In this document: piece by piece, positions 45,503-54,526 of the stretch
Layout of the letters: each line of letters starts with the position of its first letter
Numbering within the stretch: the first letter of the stretch is position 1
Assembly: GCA_026025795.1 (NCBI GenBank)
Contig: JAPEUG010000078.1
Location: forward strand, 1-54,526
DNA length: 54,526 bases
Direction of reading: 5' to 3'
DNA from: Thelocarpon superellum
Taxonomy: Eukaryota
The notes under the pieces: model-generated
What the model saw: the letters and a program-made list of their open reading frames with translations, nothing else
Databases searched by the model: none
Told to the model about the DNA's origin: nothing
Program-made: the position numbers and the translations under genes

Positions 45503-48106
45503 ATGACGACGGCGAATGGCCTCGGCACGGCCCGAAATTCCCACTCCACTGCCAACGGTCCGCTCCCATCACCGCCATCGTCGAGCCTTCGTCGTCTCGA
45601 GGCCACCCGGCCCAGCCAGCCCGATGTCAGCGAGCCATCGCTTCCGTCCATGATGCGCCCAACACGGCCCGACGACGGCCCTGGCCCGTCGGCCGACTTT
45701 CCCAGTCCGACGGAATCGCCGGCCAAAGCAGGCGCCACCTTTAACCCCTTCACCCTTCGACGGGTCGATTCCTCGTACTCTCTCACGCGTGCCTCCTTCG
45801 CCAGCCAGCTTGCCCAACTCTCGTCGCTGCAGATTCCTCAAGCCTCTTCGCTGAAATCCAGCATCTCCGCCATCCCCCGCGCCACCGAGGCCGCGCGCGC
45901 CCTGAAAGACGCGGCGGAACAGATCCGCAAATGGATCGACAAGGCCGCCCAAGTCCTGACCGATTTGGACGCCGAGGATGATGTCGAATGGGCCGCCGCT
46001 GGGGGCCGAGAAGGCTTGGGCGAGGTGGATCAAGCGGTGACCCGCTTCGACGGCTTGATCCGGGTCTACGTCGACGCCATTGAAGAACTGCAAGCCCGCG
46101 AGGACGCCGACTCGGTGCCACCCGGCGAGCTGACGACGGTGGTGACGCAAATGGAGAAGACGTTTGAGGAGTGGGAGAAGATCCGGCGCATGTTGAAGAA
46201 CGTCAAGGAGCAGGTCGAGCTGGCGATGGAGTGGGAGGAATTGCTGAACGTCGTGCTCGGCGACATTGGCATGGAGATTGAAGATCTGGGCCGGCTGGTC
46301 TTTGAGATGGAAGAAGCCCGACACCGGAGTCTGGCGGGTGAAGCCAATGGCGACGCGAGTCACGGCATCGACATCGGCGAGCTCGAGACGATCGCGGAAG
46401 AGACGCCGCCGGCGGGGTCGATGGGCGAGGGTCGCCATGGCCGCAACGGATTTAGCATCCCCCACATCTCCAAAGGTTCTCCTCTGCAGTCACCCGGTCT
46501 GGTGGTGACGCACGACGATTCGAGTCTCCTAGCCTTGTTCGCGCGCATGCAACCCCTTCGGGCCTCGCTCGACTTTCTGCCCATGCGTCTCTCGACCTTT
46601 CATTCCCGCGCTCGACGCATCTTTCCCACCGCCTGTGACGAGCTCGATGACCGACGGGAGTCGCTGGAGCTCGACTGGCGTGACCTTGAGCGTGACGCCG
46701 ACTCTTTGCGACGGGAATTGGGCGAAGACCGCTGGGTCCTCGTCTTCCGCAACGCCGGTCGACAGGCGCAGAAGATGTGCGAATCCGTGAGCCGAAGCGT
46801 GTCGCGCGTCCGCGAGGCGATCGAAGGCGGCTCGCAACATATCAACCCGTCGTCCTTGGCCAAGAAAGTGGAGAGCTATGAGGCCAAGAAGACACACTAT
46901 GGGCCGGCCATCGAGCGGGTCCTAGCCATCATCGAACGAGGCGTGTCTGACCGGCTCACCATCAACGGCGAGATCATCCGGCTTCGCAGCGAGGCCGATG
47001 CGCAGTGGAAGGTGCTGGCGCGAGAGATCAAGGAGACCGACGCTCATCTCGAGGCGCTCCACCTGGGCAAAGATCAACAGCTCCGGGACTCGATCTCGAC
47101 CATCTTGTCGTTAGATCAGTCTGCGGCAGAGGGATCGGTACATACGCCGGGCAGCTCGCCAGCATCATCGGTCGGGATGAGCGGGGCGAATGGACGGACG
47201 GATGCCACCGTCGGGCCCTCGGCCACGAAGAGTCGGGCTCATCGCCTCAGCGCGCTCCCTCGTCCCAGCGGCGACCGGCGCAACTTTACAATGCCAGCCA
47301 CGGCACCGTCGACCACGGCGGCGACCCCTCGGGCACCCGCCACGCCGGCCGCCACTAGCCGTGTGGCCTCACCCTCCCGCACGATCCGACGCAGCTCCGC
47401 CACGCCGACGTTGCACACATACAAGTCTCGCTCGTCGTTGGCGGGAACGGACAACAAGCCTCGATGGAACTCCAGCGTCAGCACCAAGGACTCGCCCATT
47501 GGCCACAACTTCAAGCCGCTCACCCTCACCACGCCGAGTCCGCATCGCAAGACGCTCGGCGATGAGTCGCGACGGGAACGATCCTACTCTCCGGCCCAAC
47601 CCACGCCCGCCACCCACCTGCCCCTCCCGATGCGCGACCGTTTGGCATCGCCATCCCCGGCCCGCCTCTCCATCGGTCCCTACGAGACCCCACGACCCCG
47701 TCTCCGTAACCACGCCTCGACCTCTCAGATGTCCTCCAGCCGCACCGGTCGACCGAGTAACCTCACCCCTCGGCACGTCAGCCACGGCGACAGCGTAAAT
47801 GAACAGACGCCGACCGCTGCTCCCCCGGCGCGACCGGCAAGCGCCATGGCCAGCGGCCGACGCAGCAGTCTGCTTCCCATGCCCAAGGCACCACCGTCTG
47901 CGACCCGCAATGCCAGCGGCCGTGCCAGCGTTGCCATGACTTTCAAGGACCGGATGGCGGCCATTCCATCGACCGCTCGCCCGCCCAGCCAAGCCCGCAT
48001 GAGTATGAGCATGAGCGTGGGTCCTGGCACCTCCCGTCCGGAAAGCCGGGGGGGGAGTCGTGTGCGCGGTGGCGATACGGGCAAGGAGCGACCGGCATGG
48101 CGATAG
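45503..48106 (+). CDS. KAR9: Karyogamy / spindle-positioning protein Kar9-like
   Basis: Helical domain with VELAMEWEEL, LFARMQPLRASLDFLPMRL and LRRELGEDRWVLVFRN, followed by a basic Ser/Pro-rich tail with SxLP-like motifs (SALP, SLLP). Confidence 0.82.
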   Translation: MTTANGLGTARNSHSTANGPLPSPPSSSLRRLEATRPSQPDVSEPSLPSMMRPTRPDDGPGPSADFPSPTESPAKAGATFNPFTLRRVDSSYSLTRASFASQLAQLSSLQIPQASSLKSSISAIPRATEAARALKDAAEQIRKWIDKAAQVLTDLDAEDDVEWAAAGGREGLGEVDQAVTRFDGLIRVYVDAIEELQAREDADSVPPGELTTVVTQMEKTFEEWEKIRRMLKNVKEQVELAMEWEELLNVVLGDIGMEIEDLGRLVFEMEEARHRSLAGEANGDASHGIDIGELETIAEETPPAGSMGEGRHGRNGFSIPHISKGSPLQSPGLVVTHDDSSLLALFARMQPLRASLDFLPMRLSTFHSRARRIFPTACDELDDRRESLELDWRDLERDADSLRRELGEDRWVLVFRNAGRQAQKMCESVSRSVSRVREAIEGGSQHINPSSLAKKVESYEAKKTHYGPAIERVLAIIERGVSDRLTINGEIIRLRSEADAQWKVLAREIKETDAHLEALHLGKDQQLRDSISTILSLDQSAAEGSVHTPGSSPASSVGMSGANGRTDATVGPSATKSRAHRLSALPRPSGDRRNFTMPATAPSTTAATPRAPATPAATSRVASPSRTIRRSSATPTLHTYKSRSSLAGTDNKPRWNSSVSTKDSPIGHNFKPLTLTTPSPHRKTLGDESRRERSYSPAQPTPATHLPLPMRDRLASPSPARLSIGPYETPRPRLRNHASTSQMSSSRTGRPSNLTPRHVSHGDSVNEQTPTAAPPARPASAMASGRRSSLLPMPKAPPSATRNASGRASVAMTFKDRMAAIPSTARPPSQARMSMSMSVGPGTSRPESRGGSRVRGGDTGKERPAWR

Positions 48107-48842
48107 AAAGCTTTACCTGATCCAGCCGTCTCTTCGATATGTATGGATCGAGCTTTTCGCGATGCCTCGACACTCGATACTCGAGCCCGATACCCGCCCT
48201 CGACGTTTCATGCCCGACACACCACACTCATCCCACGATTCTCCCGTCGCTGCAACGGCACAGCAAAGTGGAGCAGCGCAGCGTCAACTTCTTGAAATCG
48301 ATTGACTGCTCGATTGATTGCCAGCCAGACCGATGATTTCCCCCCAGAACAATCTTGTCTGGTTTTCTTTCTTTTCCCTCTTTTCCCTCCTGATGGAATG
48401 TCGCCTTCGCGTTGGGACCGGGCTGAAGCGAACTGAGAGTGGACAAATGGACGAGATCGACGGAAATGGCGAATTACGGATTGCGGACGGGCTGCGTGTC
48501 GTGGCGTGGCGCGGCGTCCAGGAGCCAAGGAGCCAAAGTTTCCTCCATTGACCGCCTCTGAGTTGACTCTCTGTGCGCCTTGTACTCATATGACCTCCTG
48601 ACTCTCTGAGAACCGAATCCTCCATCCACCCCACATCCATTCCTACGTGTATACCACGTTATCTACGGTTCATGGCGCCAGTAGTGCGCCCCTTCGAGTC
48701 TCGTTTCTACTCTCCCCCCAGTGCTCCAGGCTGTTTTGGATCGTACGATACACTGAACGCCATCTCCATTCTAACCCAACCATACCACGCCATGCATTCA
48801 CTACGAACCCCCCTCGCTCCCGGCCTGTCGTCTGATTGCATG

Positions 48843-48954
48843 TCACTCTCCCTCACTCCCTCAATGCATCTCACTCTCCCTCACTCCCTCAATGCATCTC
48901 ACTCTCCCTCACTCCCTCAATGCATCTCACTCTCCCTTACTCCCTCAATGCATC
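48843..48954. repeat. 28-bp tandem repeat x4 overlapping the carrier gene stop codon
   Basis: TCACTCTCCCTCACTCCCTCAATGCATC at 48843, 48871 and 48899, and at 48927 with one mismatch. Confidence 0.92.
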
Positions 48955-50348
48955 TCCCCCCGCCTCTCATTTATACCCCTAGCCATCTTCTTCCCAATCT
49001 CATACGAACTGATCATGATCGCGCACGCCGGGGCGACTTTCAGACATCGCGCCGCCCATCCGCGCCATAGACCTGCCATTCCCTCCTCCTGGAAGATGTG
49101 GTATAGGAAACGGGGCATGCTGAGTTGTTCGGGACGGAGCGTCGCTTTGACTGCGGCAGCAGACGAAGATATGGAAGAAGGTAACGAAGATGAAGATGGA
49201 GACGGTGGCGCGGTTGGTCTGATCTGCTGCCTTGTCTTGCCCACGTCGAATGGCATGGTGAGAATGGCGGCGACGGCGCCAGATGTCGCGCCTGCGATGA
49301 AGCTGTCGACGAGCGTCGTGCTGTGCTTCTCGAGTCGCCGTGTCTCGGCGCGGCGGAGCGTGGCGTGGGAGCCAGGGCCGTCGAAGGCTTGACCCCGTGC
49401 TTGCGCGCGTGTCCGGGCGTCTGTCAGCGCGTTGCGTATCGCTTCGTAGCCCCACCAGTAGAAGCCGGAAAAGGGCACGTCTCGCCACAGTGTCAGCGTC
49501 AGGCCGCGCCATAGCGACGTGTAGCCCTGCTGATGCACCATCGTCTTCAGCCCTCGCCAGGTGTCGGTGAAGAGGGAGGTGCTTCGGCCCTGGCTTCCTC
49601 CGCCGCTGCTCGTGGAACCGGCTTGGAGGCGCGTGCGGAACATCTCGATCGGACTGATGACCGTGGCGGCCCCGACTCGCGCCATGGACCCTGCAACGAG
49701 CGGGATGTACGTGTCGGGCATGCGCTGTGCGATGGGGCTCCGCTTGCTGTAGCGCAGCCAGTCGTAACCGGTAAAATAGATGACGTTGGCGGGGATAGCC
49801 ATGACGAGGGTCGGACTAAGGCCTCGCCATAGCGATCCCAGTCCTTCGTTGCGTGCGATCTTCTGCAGACCGTCCAGGGTCGAGGTGAAGGTCCGTCGTT
49901 GTACTTCCTCTGCCGCGCATTCCGCTGGTGCGGTGCTCGACGGTGACACAGCGGCCACGCAGAACTCGGCATTGTTGTTCACCCAGAACACTTCTCGACA
50001 GCACGATGTGACGCCGAGATTCGGCGGGAGGTTTGAAAAGGGAGCGGGCGGGCCGCTCGGTAGAGTGGATATTCGCGGCGGTTGCGGTTGTGATTGAAGT
50101 CGAACTCGGACAACATCCAGGGGCGTCACTGAGCCGGTCAGTCTCTGAGGGCTCAGGCTCTGTTCACGGAAACGCCTACCCAGCACGGACGTGAGGAAAC
50201 TCCCCGACATGGCCGAGAGCATCTTTTGTGGCCCGGAAATTTCCGTAGCATCCCATCCATCGTGCCCTCGACCGTCATCCGCCCCAGCTCCACGTCTTCC
50301 CCCATCCTCTTCATCGGTTCGCGCGGGTTGCGCCACGAAAGCGGACAT
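48945..50348 (-). CDS. MTM1: Mitochondrial carrier, Mtm1/SLC25A39-40 type
   Basis: Three carrier signatures (TPLDVVRVRLQ, SPIEMFRTRLQ, MPFDVGKTRQQ), a Cys-containing loop (TSCCREVFW), TLWRDVPFSG and KVAPACAIMISSYE. Intron 50129-50179. Confidence 0.88.
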   Translation of the reverse strand: MSAFVAQPARTDEEDGGRRGAGADDGRGHDGWDATEISGPQKMLSAMSGSFLTSVLGRRFREQSLSPQRLTGSVTPLDVVRVRLQSQPQPPRISTLPSGPPAPFSNLPPNLGVTSCCREVFWVNNNAEFCVAAVSPSSTAPAECAAEEVQRRTFTSTLDGLQKIARNEGLGSLWRGLSPTLVMAIPANVIYFTGYDWLRYSKRSPIAQRMPDTYIPLVAGSMARVGAATVISPIEMFRTRLQAGSTSSGGGSQGRSTSLFTDTWRGLKTMVHQQGYTSLWRGLTLTLWRDVPFSGFYWWGYEAIRNALTDARTRAQARGQAFDGPGSHATLRRAETRRLEKHSTTLVDSFIAGATSGAVAAILTMPFDVGKTRQQIRPTAPPSPSSSSLPSSISSSAAAVKATLRPEQLSMPRFLYHIFQEEGMAGLWRGWAARCLKVAPACAIMISSYEIGKKMARGINERRGEMH

Positions 50349-50958
50349 TCATTCGGTCTCACCGACTGGGCCACACGGTCGAGGAGTGCTGGTAGCGATC
50401 CCACAGGCAGTCGATTGATTTGAAGCTTCTAGCCTGTTGTGGTCTGGATCTCTTACAAGTCACGGTGTAAGGCGATCGTTCGTGACGGACATCCTGGGTC
50501 GATGATGTCGCTACACTTTTTTGCCGTTCGCTTTTCGCCCGTCGCCTTTTCATCATCATTCCATTCTATCCGATCGACGTAACCGAACATGGAGGCGCCC
50601 GGCAGTGCTCGGCTAGCATGAACCCAGCTGGAGCCACCCAAGTATGTTAGCTGTGGAAGTTTCCTTGGGACCCCCGGCAACCGCAGACCCGGGCGGTGGC
50701 GTCGTTACAGTGGGTGACTGGGTCTGCTGGGATGCACCCGAGATCACCGAAGACAGCCAGTGCCGACACCATGCACTCTGGCCCACTATAGGAGGTATCT
50801 GAGTTTGGTGCTAGTTACATATGGATGTCACGATGATGGGCGCAGGATATTCGGCGCCATTTCATCGTGTCTCTATCTAGATCTCCTAAATCTTCTCTCT
50901 TCAGATGGGACCAACTTGACCTGGAAGGACCGGTCATCCTCACCGCCACTTGCCCATC

Positions 50959-52682
50959 ATGGAAGAATCCAACCCGGAGCTTGAATCGTTCCGACAACGG
51001 TGGCGAGAGGAAGTCCAGGCGCGAACCAAGGGCAAAAACGCTCGATCGTCTTTGCAGAATGCCTCCCAACCTGGACAAAGCCAGCGTCGAGATGTATCCG
51101 CGTCTAGCAAAACATCAGCACCAGCAACCTCGCTACGGACGGATGACGAGCATGACCCTGACGTGCAAATCGTACACGACTTCAGCGGGACGACGGACCA
51201 GATCCACGCGGGACCACGGAGCGGAGATCCATCCTTCTCCAAAGGTCGAGCACTGCTTGAACCCATCTCGGCGTTGGAGCATTATGAAAAGGGTGTGGAA
51301 AAGGAGAGACAGGGAAATCTAGGAGATAGTCTCAATTATTACCGCAAGGCATATCGGGTGAGCATGCACGGCTTCAGGTGCATGATCACTCCCCCACTGA
51401 CACTCTCGAGCTTGACGCTGGCGTCGACCAAATCTACCGGAACAAATACTTTCCCACGACCGGAGGAGTCTCCAAACCCAGCAACCCAAACCCAAGCAAT
51501 GCACCGGTGACCGTCCCCAACACCGCCCACCACTCCCTATCCGCCTCCACCACGGCTTTAATCGAGACCTTTGCCCACCTCTCCATCCCCGCCGCACTTC
51601 CCCTGATTGAAAACTCGCCCGCACCACCCTCGCCGCTGTCCACCATCCCCCGCGAGATCCTCGAAGAGATTCTTCTCTACGTAGCCATCAAGGACGTGGC
51701 ATGTTTCGTCCGTCTGGCCCAAGTATGCAAGTCTCTAGCCTACCTCGTTGCGACCGACGACCGCGTCTGGAAGCGTGTCTGCGAAGGACCAGAGGTGGGC
51801 TTCGGAGGGATGCACTACACCTGGTCGTGCGACCTCTTCGGCGCTCCTCTTTCTCGGAGCATCCAGCAGTCCCCCGACAGAGCAGCCACCCCGCCAATCT
51901 ACCGACCCCTAACCCCCCTCCCTCCGCACCTCACGTACATGCTCACCTTTCGCCATCGACCGCGCGTCCGGTTCGCTGGGATCTACATCAGCACGGTCAA
52001 CTATATCCGACCCGGTGCATCAGCACCGACGCAGACGTCATGGACCGCCCCCGTCCACATTGTCACCTACTATCGCTATCTGCGGTTTTTCCGTGACGGG
52101 ACTGTTTTCATGTTGACCACTACCACGGAACCCAGCGATGTCGTGCACAATTTCACGCGCGAAGTGGTCCTGCAGAACTCTCCCTCTTTCACGGCTGTCA
52201 CAGCCACGACTTCGACTAACCTGACCGGCGCAGCAGCTGTGAAAGGCACCCTACGAGGCCGCTGGCGACTATCAGGGGGGACGCGAACGGACGGAGGCCC
52301 ATATGGCCTGCTCTTATCCCCACGTGCATCCTCACCGGTACCACCCTCATCGCTCCCGCCGTCCCGCTCCGCTATCGCGCCCGGCTCAACCACACAAAGC
52401 GCAGGCGCAGACGCAGATGCGTCAGCAGGGATCCACGATCGAGAGGTGGACCAGGAAGAAGGCTCGATTCGAATAGAAACCAGCGACGGCCCACGGGCCA
52501 AGTACGCCTTCACTTCTCTCCTGACACTGCGGTCTGCAGGACGGAACGGACCACGCAACAACAAACTGGTGTGGAAGGGCCTTTGGTCCTACAATCGCCT
52601 CACGGACGATTGGGCTCAGTTCAGTCTCCGGAACGATAAACCGTTCTTTTGGAGCAGGGTCAGAAGTTACGACAACGCGTAG
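50959..52682 (+). CDS. HRT3: F-box protein, Hrt3/FBXO9/Pof7 type
   Basis: ELESFRQRWREEV, ALEHYEKGVEKERQGNLGDSLNYYRKAYR|LD, an F-box (LSTIPREILEEI), RPRVRFAGIYIS and VHIVTYYRYLRFFRDG. Intron at about 51358-51410. Confidence 0.88.
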
Positions 52683-52888
52683 GGTGGCGTCCGAGAGAAT
52701 CATTTGCGCTAGAGATAGTTGGTTGAAGGTCACTTGGAGCCCCTAGAGCCTCGTGCACCTACGCCGTTGGGGAGACCCATTTTCCGACCCACAAGCCGCT
52801 CGAATGACAGAACAAGCCCATCTTGCCAGACTTCAATCACTGTAGGCAGGTGCTTAGTCATTCCCCTTCTCATCGATTCGGGTCGATC

Positions 52889-53287
52889 TCAACATCCCCC
52901 ATGACGACAGCCTTGACCTGTGGCGTCCTCAAGTGCGTTGCCGATGATGCTCCTCCCACCCACCCCTGCAATCTCGCTATCCTCAAAGTCCACACTACCA
53001 CCCGAATTCACCCGACATTGCCAGTTGTGTGTAAGCGCAGCATTTGCACTCAGGTGGCAGAACATCATTTCACATGTGTCTCCAACGATGAAGAGACTCT
53101 TAGTAACTCCCGTGAAGTGATAACGGGTATAGCCACCATCTCTTGACGTGCCGTTGAAGTTGAGAAACGAGATGTTTTCCGACGTGTCGGTACTTTCACA
53201 GTCATAACCCCGACGCTGCACAGAGGGGGAAGCGGATATCAACCCGATGATCGAGGTGAAGACGACAACAAGAGCGGCAGCCTTCAT
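52889..53287 (-). CDS. Small secreted cysteine-containing protein (effector-like)
   Basis: 132 aa with good start context (GCCAAGATG), a hydrophobic signal MKAAALVVVFTSIIGLISA, a short propeptide ending QRR and 6 Cys. Confidence 0.7.
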   Translation of the reverse strand: MKAAALVVVFTSIIGLISASPSVQRRGYDCESTDTSENISFLNFNGTSRDGGYTRYHFTGVTKSLFIVGDTCEMMFCHLSANAALTHNWQCRVNSGGSVDFEDSEIAGVGGRSIIGNALEDATGQGCRHGGC

Positions 53288-54526
53288 CTTGGCGGTGAAT
53301 CCGACCTGGCGTTGTCAGATCTGAGGACCAAGCTGGTCTGGAGCTATTCTCCACAGAGTAGAGGTAGGAAGACGACGAGATCGGACACGTGCGGTTCCAT
53401 TGCGAGGACCAGCGGACATTTGTATGGTCAACTCCGCCATGGGTTGCATGTCGCTGCCTGACGTGACAGACACGAGAACGAGCCATGCTCTGTCTAGGAC
53501 GCTGTCAGACGCAGCTCTATGGCGACAACCGTATTCTCCATGCGCTATTAATGTTGAAACAGGTGTTCCTGGCGAGGCTTGGATGGTCAGGCGGAAGCAA
53601 TTCTGGTCAAGTACGCGCATAACTGGCAGCGCCCGCCGTAATTTTCCGTGTGGCGAGCGTACTCTGTCCCGTACAGGTGTTTGTGTACTACACCATCCTA
53701 CCGTGGTGGTAACATTCGTAGACTCGTTGCATCAGTCACCTTTACTCGTCCTACGGGAGGCGGCGCACAAGCCGGAGCATAACTGAGCACTGCTATCAAT
53801 GCAAGGCCGGCACCCACCTAGCCTCTACCCAATGCAACGTTCCCCACCTGGGCCCAGTGCACCACCTGTTTTATGGGTAAATGCGACATTGCATCGGGGA
53901 TGGAACATGACATGCGAGATACGGGCTGTGCGCGACGTTCTGCGGCCGGCCATGAGGCTCTGGATTTTCATCATCAATCCTGTCATGTGGCTTCTGATGC
54001 CCTCTCCGCCGGCCGATCTTAAACCTAGTGGGAACTCCATACAACGCTAGAGCTCTCCATGTCCCTCCTCCTGCTGTGGCAGAGAGACATGCTGCTGTCT
54101 GCAGATTGGATCGTGGACTTGGTGACAGCGACACATCGATCACAATGATCATCCTCGTCAGCCTGCTAGCCAAAGGCTCAGGCATGGTCGTGGCCGTTGC
54201 CATGGTGATAGGGATGACGATCAAGGATCTCACGTTGTCGGCGGTCAAAGAGTAGGTATCGCCTGGATGTTGAAAGGGAACGATCGAGGATACGGATGAT
54301 ACCGAATGAAGGTGTGGCTCGTCAAGGAACCTTCTGGGGATATACATGGGAGAATCTTGATCAGGACACGTTCGTCCATTTTCCCCAAAATGCCATTTTC
54401 ACACAATGTAGCATGGACCGTCACCTGAAGGTGTTGGAAGTACTCTCATGCAGTAGGTATTGAAACACGAGGACAACTACTTTAGCGATTCCAGCCGGAT
54501 TGGTTCCAGTCATACCACGGCAGGAC

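Overview
Gene-dense, GC-rich region of a filamentous ascomycete (Pezizomycotina-type) nuclear genome with short GT-AG introns carrying CTRAC/CTAAC branch sites. I rebuilt exon structures by eye. In order it holds about 20 genes: a partial WSC-domain secreted protein, an NDR/AGC kinase, an IME4/METTL3-like MT-A70 protein, nucleolar FKBP (FPR3/4), REV1, MED14, ATG22, PDI1, GRH1, TGS1, TAF1, UNG1, a C9orf78/Tls1-like protein, alternative oxidase, acylphosphatase, a CH-domain-like hypothetical protein, KAR9, an MTM1-like mitochondrial carrier, an HRT3/FBXO9-like F-box protein and a small cysteine-rich secreted protein. A gene-free, less GC-rich stretch at about 7.6-10.2 kb carries an LTR-like relic and a 19-bp minisatellite. 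Four observations stand out. (1) The METTL3/Ime4 homolog is intact and spliceable and keeps both CCCH-type zinc fingers, but its catalytic DPPW motif reads APVW across an intron junction and other SAM-contact residues are also changed, so it is probably a pseudo-methyltransferase. (2) A G.U-rich multi-stem RNA structure lies between REV1 and MED14, possibly inside an intron of a non-coding host transcript. (3) The first PDI active site is assembled from two 8-nt microexons. (4) A CGG-N7-CGG motif lies upstream of AOX. All family assignments come from motif recognition; no database search was run.
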